A stretch of 51,545 nt of DNA from Acidobacteriota bacterium (GTDB lineage Bacteria; Acidobacteriota; Thermoanaerobaculia; Multivoradales; UBA5704). A program made the position numbers and the translations under genes. The stretch is taken from NCBI GenBank assembly GCA_040005235.1, contig JBDTZG010000040.1:1-51545 (forward strand), read 5' to 3'. The notes beneath the pieces were generated by a model. It saw only the letters and a program-made list of their open reading frames with translations, did no database searches and was not told the origin of the DNA. Within the stretch, counting starts at the first letter, position 1; every line of letters begins with the position of its first letter. This document shows positions 25,985 to 35,685 of this stretch, in pieces.

Positions 25985-27757
25985 TCAGTTTCCTCTGGTC
26001 GAGGCCGCCGGTGCGGCTTCGACGGGTGCCACGATCTTCATGTTCTTCTCTTCGCTGCGGGAGGACGGCGGATCTCCCACCGGTCCCTCGATCTGGACGT
26101 TCTCCTGATCGAGCAGCTTGCCGGTTGCGCTGTAGAAGTTGGCGAGCGAAGTGCGATAGTTGACGACCGCGGTGACCTCGCGGCTGCGCGCCTGGGTGAG
26201 GTCGTCCTGGACCTGGTTGATCCGGAAGCTGGTCGACATGCCGTTTTCGTAGCGCTTCTTTTCGGCGTCGAGGTTGCGCTCCTGGAACTTGACCGAAATG
26301 CGGGCGGCGTCGATCTGTTTGGCTGCGGTGGTCACCGCCCGAGCCGCCGTGCGGACCTGAGTTTCGACCTGCAGCTTGATCTGGTCGAGCGTCGTCTGGC
26401 CGCGTTCGAGGTCGAGCTTGCCGATGATGTCACCCGCCTTGGCGGCCCGATTCTGAATCGGGATCCCGAGCGTGAGCATGGCCGACCAACCGGCGAAATC
26501 ACGGTTGCGGATCTGATCGAGAGCGTCGCTGTAACCGCCTCGGATCGGCCGCGGCAGCGGATCGCCGGTGACTGGATCTCGGGTCTGGGTGCCGCCGGTG
26601 CCGTTGAAGCGATAACCGAGATCGAGGTCGAGCTGGGGCTTGAGCTGGTCGTGGAGGAACACCGCGTCGATCGCCAACCGCTCGACCTCGCTCTGCTGGG
26701 CGTGGATCTCGGGGCGGTACGTCAGAGCGGTGGAGATCGCCTGCTCGATATCGATCGAAATGCGGTCGGTCTCGGGCTTCGTTGTCGGGACGATCTCGGC
26801 CGCCCAAACGTCGCCCGGCGGCAGGTCGAGCAGCTCACGCAGCTGGTCGGCCGCGTCGCCCACCGCCGCCTCGGCACGGATGATGTCCTCTTCACGGGTG
26901 GCGATCGCCGCCTCGCTCTGCACCAGCTCCAGCGGCGCCAGCGTGCCGACGTCGACCTGGATCTTGTTGCGCGAGTGCAGCTCGCGGGCGAGCGACAGGC
27001 TTTCCTGCGAGACGTAGAGCTGCTCGCGCGCCGCCACCAGGTTCCAGTAGGCGAAGTCGACGCTCTGGATCGTGTTGCTCACCGAGCGCTCGAACTGACT
27101 CGCGGTGGATTGATCGTTCTTCCGCGCTACGCGCAACGCCCGGGTTCCGGGATTGCGGCCGAAGTTGCGCAGCAGCGGCTGGGAGTAGCCGAAACGGAGC
27201 GAGGAGTCGAAGCTGGGATTCAGCGCGTTGAACACCACGTCGCTTTCCGAGCGCGAATTGTCGAAGTCGACCCGCACCCGGCTGTTCAAAGGCCCGATGA
27301 GCTGTGCCAGGCCGAGATTCCAAGTCTGCTGCTTGAAGCTCGCGGCCGTGAGCTGCGAGACCTGGGCGCCGGTATTGTCCAGGATCGAGACCACCCCGTT
27401 CAGGTTCAAGTCGTAGATCCCTTTGACCTGGAGAATGCCGTACCACGTCTGGGTCCGAACGTAGCGCTGGACCTGCAAGCCCAGCTCGCGTTCGAGCGCC
27501 AGGGCGAGGGCCTGATCGAGCGACAGCTCGAGCTTGCCGTCGACCACCGGAAGGTCGGGAGGGGCCGGCGCCGCGCCGACGGTCGCGCCGACCACGATCC
27601 TCGGCGGGGAGTCTTCGGCCAGGGCCGGAGCGGTCCCCACCGGGGCGGCGAACCCGGCGATCGCCGATGCGGCACAGAGGGATGCGGTCACCCGCCGGAA
27701 CCTCTCGAGCCTGAGATGTCTGCCTTGCCTAACCTGCCGATCCAGCGCTTCGACCAT
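25985..27757 (-). CDS. TolC-family outer membrane protein
   Basis: LSLDQALALALE, YSQPLLRNFG, AYWNLV, ALTYRPEI and AEKKRYENG motifs. Heads the exporter operon. Start uncertain. Confidence 0.9.
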   Translation of the reverse strand: MVEALDRQVRQGRHLRLERFRRVTASLCAASAIAGFAAPVGTAPALAEDSPPRIVVGATVGAAPAPPDLPVVDGKLELSLDQALALALERELGLQVQRYVRTQTWYGILQVKGIYDLNLNGVVSILDNTGAQVSQLTAASFKQQTWNLGLAQLIGPLNSRVRVDFDNSRSESDVVFNALNPSFDSSLRFGYSQPLLRNFGRNPGTRALRVARKNDQSTASQFERSVSNTIQSVDFAYWNLVAAREQLYVSQESLSLARELHSRNKIQVDVGTLAPLELVQSEAAIATREEDIIRAEAAVGDAADQLRELLDLPPGDVWAAEIVPTTKPETDRISIDIEQAISTALTYRPEIHAQQSEVERLAIDAVFLHDQLKPQLDLDLGYRFNGTGGTQTRDPVTGDPLPRPIRGGYSDALDQIRNRDFAGWSAMLTLGIPIQNRAAKAGDIIGKLDLERGQTTLDQIKLQVETQVRTAARAVTTAAKQIDAARISVKFQERNLDAEKKRYENGMSTSFRINQVQDDLTQARSREVTAVVNYRTSLANFYSATGKLLDQENVQIEGPVGDPPSSRSEEKNMKIVAPVEAAPAASTRGN

Positions 27758-27865
27758 AGGATTCCTCGTTCGCTCGGGTAGTTCAGGCAGCAGGGAGAGA
27801 TTCTCCGGCACAGCCGCCTCAGGTATGTACGGTTCGTCCCGCGAAATGTTCCGGGCGCGAACAAG

Positions 27866-29710
27866 CTAACTCAACTTCGCCTCCGCGGCCAAACCGGCTC
27901 CTAACACCCCCATCTCTCCAGGGTAAAAGCAGGCGACCCGCCGTCCGGATTCCCCGGCGATCAGGTCCGGCGATTCGCGCTCGCAACGGGGCCGGGCGAT
28001 CGGACAGAGCCGCCGGTAGGCGCAACCGGTCGCCGCGTCCCCCTCCCCCGCCGTAGGCCCCTCTACCGGCGCATCGCCTGCCCGCTGCGCCGGCACCGGC
28101 AGAGAACCGGGCGTCGCTCCCGGCACCGCGGCGACCAGCGCTGCCGTATACGGATGAAGCGGCCGGGTGATCAATTCGCGCGCTGGACCGCTCTCCACCA
28201 CCCGACCCGCGTAGAGCACCAAAATGCGCTCGGCGACCTGCTCGACCGCCGCGAGATCGTGCGAGATCAAAAGCAGCGCGAGGCCGGTCTTTCGGCGCAA
28301 TTCGGCAAATAATGCCAGCACCTGTTCCCGGCTCACCGTGTCGAGCGCCGAGGTCGGCTCGTCGGCGACCATCAGCTCGGGTTCGCAGGCGAGCGCCCGG
28401 GCGAGCGCCACCCGCTGCCGCTGGCCGCCCGAAAGCTCGTGCGGGTAGCGCCGCGAATGCGCGGCGGCCAGACCGACGCGAGCGAGCAGATCGGCCACGC
28501 AACGATCGCGCAAACTCCGGGCGACGCCTCGCGCGCGGAGCGCCTCGGCGATCGAGGCGCCCGCCGAAGCGCGCGGATCGAGTGCCCCCCACGAGTCTTG
28601 AAAGATCATCGGCAGCCGCAGCCGGACCTTGGCGCGCTCGTCCCGGGAGAGGGTCGCGAGGTCGATCCCCCGGCGCAGGACCGCGCCGCGGGTCGGCAAA
28701 TCCATTCCGACCAGGCAGCGGCCGAGCGTCGTCTTGCCGCTTCCCGATTCGCCGACCAGGCCGACCGCTTCGCTGGGGGCGATCGCCAGATCGACGCCGT
28801 CCAACGCCCGCACCTCCCCCACCCGCCGGCCGAGCAACCCCCGGCGGAGAGGAAAAATACGGGTCAAATCGCGCGCTTCAAGGAGCGCCGGAGAGAGCTC
28901 GCCTCGGACATTCGCCTTCCCCTCGATCGTCGGGCCGCGGCCGAGCCGGGGCGCCGCGGCGAGCAGGCCGCGGGTCGCCTCATGGCGCGGCGCCGCGAGC
29001 ACTTCCGCGGTGGCGCCGGACTCGACCAGCCGGCCGGCCGAAAGCACCAGAATCCGCGCGCAGTGCGCCGCGACGACCGCAAGGTCGTGGGTGATCAAGA
29101 GGACGCCCAGGCCCTCCTCGGCGAGCCGATCGAGGCGGTCGAGCACCTGGCCTTGGAGCGTGGCGTCGAGCGCGCTGGTGGGCTCGTCGGCGATCAAAAA
29201 GCTCGGTCGGCCCGCGAGTGCCGCGGCGAGCACAGCGCGTTGCCGTTGGCCGCCGGAGAGCTGATGGGGATAGGAAGTGGCCGCCGAACCGGGAAGATCC
29301 ATCTGCGCGAGCCGTCGCCGCACCTCCTCGCGCGCCTCGGCCCGGGGAATGCCATGCGCCCGCGCGACCTCCGCCACCTGGTCGCCGATCGTGAACAACG
29401 GGTCGAGCGCGGTCGCGGGATCTTGAGCGACCAGCGCGATCCGGCCACCGCGCAGGCGGCGCAAGGCCTCGCCTTTGAGCGCCAAGAGATCCTCGCCGGA
29501 GATCTCCGCGCGCCCGGCGGCGATCCGGCCGGGGGGCGGCACCATGCGAAGAAGCGACAGCGCGATCATCGTCTTGCCGCTGCCGGAGCTGCCGACCAGG
29601 CCGACCACCTCGCCGGCACGGAGCGAAAAAGACACCGCCGAGACCACCTCGCGCGCCCGCCCGTCGATCGGGAACTCGACGGAAAGGCCGGACACCTTGA
29701 GCTGAGCCAC
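27866..29710 (-). CDS. Fused double ATPase of a peptide/nickel ABC importer (OppD-OppF type)
   Basis: Two Walker A motifs (GSSGSGKT, GESGSGKT), two [12 protein letters not shown], HPYT and a C-terminal GC...CP...C...C cluster. GTG at 29710 overlaps the pepA stop (TAGTG). Confidence 0.9.
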   Translation of the reverse strand: MAQLKVSGLSVEFPIDGRAREVVSAVSFSLRAGEVVGLVGSSGSGKTMIALSLLRMVPPPGRIAAGRAEISGEDLLALKGEALRRLRGGRIALVAQDPATALDPLFTIGDQVAEVARAHGIPRAEAREEVRRRLAQMDLPGSAATSYPHQLSGGQRQRAVLAAALAGRPSFLIADEPTSALDATLQGQVLDRLDRLAEEGLGVLLITHDLAVVAAHCARILVLSAGRLVESGATAEVLAAPRHEATRGLLAAAPRLGRGPTIEGKANVRGELSPALLEARDLTRIFPLRRGLLGRRVGEVRALDGVDLAIAPSEAVGLVGESGSGKTTLGRCLVGMDLPTRGAVLRRGIDLATLSRDERAKVRLRLPMIFQDSWGALDPRASAGASIAEALRARGVARSLRDRCVADLLARVGLAAAHSRRYPHELSGGQRQRVALARALACEPELMVADEPTSALDTVSREQVLALFAELRRKTGLALLLISHDLAAVEQVAERILVLYAGRVVESGPARELITRPLHPYTAALVAAVPGATPGSLPVPAQRAGDAPVEGPTAGEGDAATGCAYRRLCPIARPRCERESPDLIAGESGRRVACFYPGEMGVLGAGLAAEAKLS

Positions 29711-31242
29711 TACCGGTCGCGCAGCCAGCGGACGACGAGGGCGACGCCGAAGCCGGTCGCCCCTTTTTGCGGCTGCTCCTCCGCGTTCTTGTTGACCACG
29801 CCCGCGATGTCCAGATGCGCCCACCGCTTCACTTCGCCGACGAACTGGGACAGAAACGCCGCCGCGGTGCACGCCGAGCCGTAGCGGCTGGCCGAATTGC
29901 GCAGATCGGCGTGCTGGCCGCGCATTTCTTCCAGATATTCAGGCCCCACGGGCAGGCGCCAGATTCGCTCGCCGGAGGCGGCGCTCGCCGCGAGCAGCTC
30001 GCCCGCGAGAGCGTCGTCGGAGGTGAACAACCCGGCGGCGAAGGGGCCGAGCGCCACGATGCAGCCGCCGGTGAGGGTCGAAAGCTCGATCAGCGCGTCC
30101 GGCGCCTCGGAGGCCGCGAGCCCCAAGGCATCGGCGAGGATCAGCCGCCCTTCGGCATCTGTGTTGGTGATCTCCACCGTTTTGCCGTTGCCGAACCGGA
30201 GGATGTCGCCGGGCCGATACCCCGCGCTGTCGAGGAGGTTTTCGGCCACCGCGAGATAGCCGCGGAGGCGCACCGGCAGGTCCAGCTCGATCGCCGCCCG
30301 GAAGATTCCGAGCACCGCGCAGGCCCCCGCCTTGTCGAACTTCATCTCGTCCATGTCGGCGGCCGGCTTGATCGAAATGCCGCCCGAATCGAACGTCACC
30401 CCCTTGCCGACCAGCGCCACCACCGGACCGCGGGTGCCGGCCTCCAGGCGGATCAACCGCGGCGGCTGGCTGCCGCCGCTGCCCACCGCAAGCAGGCCGC
30501 CCATGCCGCGGCGCCGCAGCTCGGCCTGGTCGAACACCTCGGCGCGGAAACCGTGCGCCGAGGCGAGCGCCATCGCCTGGGCTTCAAACCAAGCGGGGCC
30601 GGCTTCGTTGGGGGGCGAGTTCGCCAGATCGCGGACGTAGGCGTTGGCCTCGGCGATCGCCGTCGCGACGGCGAGCGCGGCCCGGTAGGCCGCCTCCTGG
30701 CCGGCCGGCGGCACCACCGCAATTCGTGTCAAGGGAGGTTTTCTCGCCTCGCTGCCGAGGTAGCGCTCGTAGCGATACCCCGCGAGGGCCAAGGCGGTGA
30801 GGGCGCGCTCCGCCGCGGCGGTGCCGGCGGTCGTCGGGTGGTCGGGCAGGATCACGCCCAGCGAGGGGGCGCCGCACAGGCGCGCCGCTTCGATCACCCG
30901 AACGAGCCATGCCGACAACGTGCGATCCGAAAACTCGCCGCGCGGGCCGAGGCCGTCGAGGGACAGAATGACTCCCGGTTCCGAAGCGCCGGAATCCCCC
31001 TCGGCGCGCTGCTCTTCCTCGCCGTCGAAGCCGGGCCGCGCGCCGAGCCGGGCGAACGCCGCGTGGATTTCCGGCGGCAGACCCGGGTGGGCGAAGGTCT
31101 CGCCCTCGAAGGTGGCGGCGGCGAGCAGGTCCAACCGGGGGGACCTCGCGTCGAGCGCGTCGGACACGTCGAGCCGTGGCAGGGGGACGGTCGAAGCCTG
31201 GGCCTCCGCTCCGTCGAGGGGAAGCGAAACGTTCTCTACCAT
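29710..31242 (-). CDS. pepA: Leucyl aminopeptidase, M17 family
   Basis: VGKGVTFDSGG, MKFDKAG, NTDAEGRL, TLTG and WAHLDIAG motifs. Confidence 0.95.
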   Translation of the reverse strand: MVENVSLPLDGAEAQASTVPLPRLDVSDALDARSPRLDLLAAATFEGETFAHPGLPPEIHAAFARLGARPGFDGEEEQRAEGDSGASEPGVILSLDGLGPRGEFSDRTLSAWLVRVIEAARLCGAPSLGVILPDHPTTAGTAAAERALTALALAGYRYERYLGSEARKPPLTRIAVVPPAGQEAAYRAALAVATAIAEANAYVRDLANSPPNEAGPAWFEAQAMALASAHGFRAEVFDQAELRRRGMGGLLAVGSGGSQPPRLIRLEAGTRGPVVALVGKGVTFDSGGISIKPAADMDEMKFDKAGACAVLGIFRAAIELDLPVRLRGYLAVAENLLDSAGYRPGDILRFGNGKTVEITNTDAEGRLILADALGLAASEAPDALIELSTLTGGCIVALGPFAAGLFTSDDALAGELLAASAASGERIWRLPVGPEYLEEMRGQHADLRNSASRYGSACTAAAFLSQFVGEVKRWAHLDIAGVVNKNAEEQPQKGATGFGVALVVRWLRDR

Positions 31243-31468
31243 GTCTCGACCATATTTCGCTCGACCGGCTTGCCCGGCTCGTTCCTCCTGAGGGAAGGGT
31301 TACTTCGGATCTTGCCCGCTCTCAAGTCCGGGAAGTCAGGAAAGAGGCGTCGGAAACGGAGGCGATATGCTATACGTAATCGCATCCGCCGATGTGTTTG
31401 CGCCGCACAGTCGTTCCCTGCCCCCTGTCGCCCGACCGCGCTTTTCCGGTCGATCGGAACCCCCACCC

Positions 31469-33496
31469 ATGAACGCACTGGGATTTCTCCAGCTGTTGCC
31501 CGGGCCGTTCAATTTCCTGCGGATCGACGCCGACGAGCTGCGCCGGCTCGCACCCGACTACGAGCGGACGCTGCCCATTCCGCGCCCGGTCTTCCTCGAA
31601 GACGAAGCGGCCACGCCGGTCCTCGGTTTCGCGGTCGCCGCCTCGGATCGGATGGAAATGCTCCGCACCGCGTTGCGGCAATTCCTCGCCGCCGAGGAGG
31701 CGGTGCAGATTTCCGTGCTGTCGCGCGAGCCGCTCGACCGGAAGATCCATACCCAGGCGTGGGATCGCTACCGCTCGCTGCTCTCCCGGGCGCTCGAAAA
31801 CGCCACTATCTCCTCGTTCGGGCGCCATTTTCCCAGCGCCTTCTGGCTTCATCACTCGCTCGACATCGCCCGCTTCCTCAAAGAGACGCCGCGGCGGGTC
31901 CTGCGCCAGGATTCCGAGCTGGGCCGGCGCTATGGCGACCAGATTCGCTATCGGGTCCTCGACCGGTATCTCGACCGCGTCCTTCAGACCTCCTACGAGG
32001 TGGTCCAGAAAGTCGCCGCCGCCACCGAGGAGGTCGAAGAGGAGCTGTTCCCGCGCCTGCTGACGCGCATGCGCGACAACGTCCTGATCTTTACCGAGGA
32101 CCACATCTCGCGCGATTTCACCGAGCTGTCGGTCTACTTTTCCGCCTGCCTGCGCCTGGACGGCCGGGAGTTCCGCCAGCGCTACGACGAGCTGGTCCGC
32201 TGGCACGACGAGCAGCTCGCGATCGACAAGGAGCTCGCCGCCACGGCCACCCACCTGCTGGGTGCGGGCAGCGGGGGCGGCCCCGAGCAAGGCACGGCGC
32301 GCGGTCTGTTGATCCGGCCCGGGTACGTGACGTTCCTTGCGACCCGCAAGGCGTGGAATTCGAGCCGGCTGCTTACGCCCGAGGGGGTTCTGGTCTGGGA
32401 GAACCTCCTCGAAAAGCTCAAGGAGTTCGAGCTGCTCCACGCATTGCGGCGATCCTTCATTACAGTGGAGCGGAAGGACGGCCGGCTGATCGCCAAGGAT
32501 CCCGGTCCCGCCCGGACTGCCGCCCCCCAGGATGGAACGATCGCCGTCTCCCCCGCCACCCGGCCGCTCGATTTTCTCGAACCCTGGGTGGTCGACCCGC
32601 GGGTCGAGCGTTTCGGCCTGATCTACGACATCAGCGATTTTTCCCAGACCGTCTCGCTGCTCCAGCGCTCCGGCGAAGGCTCGCAGGACGAGGCGTTCCG
32701 GATGATGTTTCGCTACCAAAGAAGGGTGAATCGCTTCGCGCAGTCGCGCCGGGTGAAGCTGGAAAAATACCTCGGTGACGGCGCCTTCTATTCCAGCCGC
32801 GAAGCGACCCGCCCGTTGATCGCCGCGATCCACGTCCAACGCGCCTACGCCCATGCGCTCACCGAAGGCTTCCCGTTCGACCAGGGTTTGCGCATCGCCC
32901 TCAACCACGGCCACTACCGGCTGATCCCGATGGGCGACAGCGGTCCCCAGGGGGGTGAGCGCTACGAGTTCTTCGGCCACGGCCTGGTCGAGCTGTCGCG
33001 TTTGGTGACCGGCAAGACCACCCGCGAGGTCGAGGACATCAAGAACCTCCTCCTCCACTTCGGCTATCCGGCGCAGGCGGTCGAGCGCTTCTTCGAGCCG
33101 CTCCAGCGGCGCGACGTCGAAATGATCGACAAAAGCGAAGAGGCGCGTCCGTTCTACGCCTATCTCGATCGCAACGGCAGCCTGATCAACCAGGGAATCG
33201 TCGCCACCCAGGCTTTCCTCGCCAAGCTCTCCCGCGAGCGCGGCGTGCGCGAGATCCACCGCGTGAGCGAAGGGGAGCGGATCTACTGCGTCGCCTCGTT
33301 CGACGACGGCGCGGAGCGCCTGCCGGTCGGCTTCCGGCCACTCGGCTCCGCGCAGCTCAAGGGTCTCGACGAGCTGCCGATCTACGAGGTGATCGACGCC
33401 GCGCCGCTGCCCAGCGAGGGATGGCTGCCGTTGCCCCCCGGCGACCTGCTCGCGACGCTCGACCGCGAGCTGCGCCGTCCGGGAAGCGCCCGTTGA
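31469..33496 (+). CDS. Hypothetical protein with divergent class III nucleotide cyclase-like C-terminal domain
   Basis: IYDISDFS, LEKYLGDG, LRIALNHG, FFGHGLVELSRL and AQLKG...IYEV match the cyclase motif order. Helical N-terminal ~340 aa unknown. Start at 31469 or 31367. Confidence 0.7.
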   Translation: MNALGFLQLLPGPFNFLRIDADELRRLAPDYERTLPIPRPVFLEDEAATPVLGFAVAASDRMEMLRTALRQFLAAEEAVQISVLSREPLDRKIHTQAWDRYRSLLSRALENATISSFGRHFPSAFWLHHSLDIARFLKETPRRVLRQDSELGRRYGDQIRYRVLDRYLDRVLQTSYEVVQKVAAATEEVEEELFPRLLTRMRDNVLIFTEDHISRDFTELSVYFSACLRLDGREFRQRYDELVRWHDEQLAIDKELAATATHLLGAGSGGGPEQGTARGLLIRPGYVTFLATRKAWNSSRLLTPEGVLVWENLLEKLKEFELLHALRRSFITVERKDGRLIAKDPGPARTAAPQDGTIAVSPATRPLDFLEPWVVDPRVERFGLIYDISDFSQTVSLLQRSGEGSQDEAFRMMFRYQRRVNRFAQSRRVKLEKYLGDGAFYSSREATRPLIAAIHVQRAYAHALTEGFPFDQGLRIALNHGHYRLIPMGDSGPQGGERYEFFGHGLVELSRLVTGKTTREVEDIKNLLLHFGYPAQAVERFFEPLQRRDVEMIDKSEEARPFYAYLDRNGSLINQGIVATQAFLAKLSRERGVREIHRVSEGERIYCVASFDDGAERLPVGFRPLGSAQLKGLDELPIYEVIDAAPLPSEGWLPLPPGDLLATLDRELRRPGSAR

Positions 33497-33519
33497 ACCC
33501 CCATCCCGGAGATCGACCG

Positions 33520-34419
33520 ATGGATTGGAAGCCCGCCCCACCGATCGTCCACACGGACCTGCCCGGGTTCCCCGCGCCGAAACGGGGCAAGGTCCGCGAC
33601 GTCTACGACCTCGGCGACCGGCTGCTGATCGTCGCCACCGACCGGCTCTCGGCCTACGACCACGTCCTGTCGCCGGGAATACCGGACAAGGGCAAGCTCC
33701 TGCATCAGATGTCGACCTTCTGGTTCGAGCGGCTCGGCTCGATCGTTCCGCACCACCTGATCGGCGGCGATCTGCCCGCGGAGCTTCGGCCCTATTCCGA
33801 CCTGCTCGCGGGTCGCTCGGCGCTCGTGCGCAAAGCGCGGGTAGTGCCGTTCGAATGCGTCGCCCGCGGTTATCTGGCGGGAAGCGGTCATCGGGAGTAC
33901 GTCGAGAGCCGCACGGTCTGCGGCCTGCCGCTCCCTCCGGGTCTTCTCCGGGCGAGCCGTCTGCCGGAACCGATCTTCACCCCGGCGACCAAGGCGGAGG
34001 AAGGTCACGATGAAAACGTCACATTCGAGCGGATGGCCACGGACCTCGGCGGCGATCTCGCGGGGCGCCTGCGCGATCTGACGCTCGCGCTCTATTCCGC
34101 CGCCGCCGAGCATGCGGCGGGCGTCGGCCTGATCCTCGCCGACACCAAGTTCGAATTCGGCCTCGACGAAACCGGCGAGATCCTCTGGATCGACGAGGCG
34201 CTCACCCCCGACTCCTCCCGCTACTGGGACGCCTCCACCTGGGTCCCGGGCGCCGAGCCCGCCTCGTTCGACAAGCAGTTCGTCCGCAACTGGCTCGACG
34301 CCTCCGGTTGGGATCACCAGAGCCAGCCGCAGCCGCTTCCCGAAGAGGTAGTCGCCGGAACCCGCGAGCGCTACCTCGCGGCGTTCCGGCGCGTGGTCGG
34401 GCGAGACCCGGCGCTCTAG
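33520..34419 (+). CDS. purC: SAICAR synthetase
   Basis: RGKVRDVY, ATDRLSAYD, ECVARGYLAGS, FTPATKA, ADTKFEFG, DEALTPDSSRYW and SFDKQFVR motifs. Confidence 0.97.
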   Translation: MDWKPAPPIVHTDLPGFPAPKRGKVRDVYDLGDRLLIVATDRLSAYDHVLSPGIPDKGKLLHQMSTFWFERLGSIVPHHLIGGDLPAELRPYSDLLAGRSALVRKARVVPFECVARGYLAGSGHREYVESRTVCGLPLPPGLLRASRLPEPIFTPATKAEEGHDENVTFERMATDLGGDLAGRLRDLTLALYSAAAEHAAGVGLILADTKFEFGLDETGEILWIDEALTPDSSRYWDASTWVPGAEPASFDKQFVRNWLDASGWDHQSQPQPLPEEVVAGTRERYLAAFRRVVGRDPAL

Positions 34420-34442
34420 GGGCCGGCCAAAGAGCGCAGCGG

Positions 34443-34925
34443 TCAGCTCGGCGGGCAGCCCTCGCCTTGGCCCATCTCCGCCATCCCCTTCTGAACCTCC
34501 TCAGGAGTCAGGTCGCGAGTGTGGGTCGCCACCGACCAATGGTGGCCGAACGGATCTTCCAACTGGCCGTAGCGGTCGCCCCAGAACATCTCTTGGACGG
34601 GCATCGTGACCTTGGCGCCCGCGGCCACCGCCTGGGCGACGGCAGCGTCGACGTCCTCTACGTACAGGTGGATGGTCACCGGCGAGCCTTTGAGAGCGAG
34701 CGGACCGAAACCGCCCCATTCCGGCATCTCGTCGGTCAGCATGAGGGTCGAATCGCCGATTTTCACCGAGGCATGCATCAGCTTGCCATCCGGTCCGGGA
34801 AGGCGCGACACCTCCACGGCGTTCCACGCCTTCTTATAGAACTCGATCGCGGCGGCGGCACCGGCGCAGACCACAAGCGGAGTCAGGGAGTGCATTCCTT
34901 CGGGGATCGGTTTCACGTTCGACAT
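34443..34925 (-). CDS. VOC/glyoxalase (PhnB-like) protein
   Basis: VKPIPEGMHSLTP, AIEFYKKA, MHA...IGDS and MFWGDRYGQLEDPFGHHW. AGGAG is 7 nt before the ATG at 34925. Confidence 0.9.
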   Translation of the reverse strand: MSNVKPIPEGMHSLTPLVVCAGAAAAIEFYKKAWNAVEVSRLPGPDGKLMHASVKIGDSTLMLTDEMPEWGGFGPLALKGSPVTIHLYVEDVDAAVAQAVAAGAKVTMPVQEMFWGDRYGQLEDPFGHHWSVATHTRDLTPEEVQKGMAEMGQGEGCPPS

Positions 34926-34927
34926 AT

Positions 34928-35572
34928 TCATACTCCTTTGGGGGCCTTGGGGAATTGGGTTTTGAGGTAACGAAGCAGGTGCCCTAGGCAATCGGCCGCG
35001 ATCTGCGGCCCCTGCTTCGCCTTGGCGAGGATGAACGCGCCTTGGATCACCGCCTGGATGTAGAAAGCGAGGCTTTCTGCGCTCCACGGCGCGTCCGAGG
35101 CGTAAAGGCTCTTCGCTTCGGTGATGATTTCTGCCACCGCCGCCGCATGCGCGCTGATGTGGAGATCGCACGCGGCGCGAATCGCCGGGTAGGTTTCGAA
35201 CGTCTCTTGAACCATCGTGCCGAGCAGGCAGGTGTAGTCCGGCAGCGGGCCCTGAAGGATCGAGATGCGGAAATCGACGTAGCCGAGCAGCCGGTCGTAT
35301 GGATCGGCAATCTCCTGGTAAGGCGCCACGGCAAATGCGGAGTCCGCCCGCGCCGCGAAATGCGCCGCGGCCCGGAGCGCCAGATCTTCCTTGCTCTTGA
35401 AGTGGTGGAAGAAGCTGCCCTTGGTAAGGCCCGCCACCTCGCAGATGTCTTCGATCCGGGTGGCGGAATAGCCCTTGGCCCGGATCAGATGCAGCGCGGC
35501 GTCGAGGAGCGCCGTCTTCGAGCCATGGGAGGAGCCGTGCGGGGATTCTTGTTGGAATTCGGTCGTTTTCAT
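34928..35572 (-). CDS. TetR/AcrR family regulator (NemR-like)
   Basis: KGYSATRIEDICEVAGLTKGSFFHHFKSKEDL helix-turn-helix and CLLGTM motif. Confidence 0.92.
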   Translation of the reverse strand: MKTTEFQQESPHGSSHGSKTALLDAALHLIRAKGYSATRIEDICEVAGLTKGSFFHHFKSKEDLALRAAAHFAARADSAFAVAPYQEIADPYDRLLGYVDFRISILQGPLPDYTCLLGTMVQETFETYPAIRAACDLHISAHAAAVAEIITEAKSLYASDAPWSAESLAFYIQAVIQGAFILAKAKQGPQIAADCLGHLLRYLKTQFPKAPKGV

Positions 35573-35574
35573 CG

Positions 35575-35624
35575 CATACCCACCAGTTGGTACGTACGAT
35601 ACCAACCAGTGGGTATGGTGTCAA
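35575..35624 (-). promoter_or_regulatory. Sigma70 promoter of tetR overlapped by two palindromic operators
   Basis: On the minus strand, TTGACA (35624-35619)-N17-TATCGT (35601-35596). Operators are TACCCACCAGTTGGTA (35577-35592) and TACCAACCAGTGGGTA (35600-35615). Confidence 0.8.
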
Positions 35625-35685
35625 CAGAAATCATTCCCCACTGCCGGTCGGAGCTGGAAGAGCTGGCGATACACTGACTCGACCT

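Noticed and set aside
24728-27781. 1017-aa plus-strand ORF
   Set aside because: Antisense shadow of the adaptor and TolC genes. Such stop-poor frames are expected at this GC content, and it has no motifs.
29767-32778. 1003-aa plus-strand ORF
   Set aside because: Antisense to pepA and out of frame within the cyclase-like gene. Arg/Gly/Pro-rich with no recognisable domain.
34443-35624. 393-aa ORF suggesting a long VOC fusion
   Set aside because: The N-terminal part is an alternate frame of the tetR gene. The real VOC start has its own RBS at 34925.
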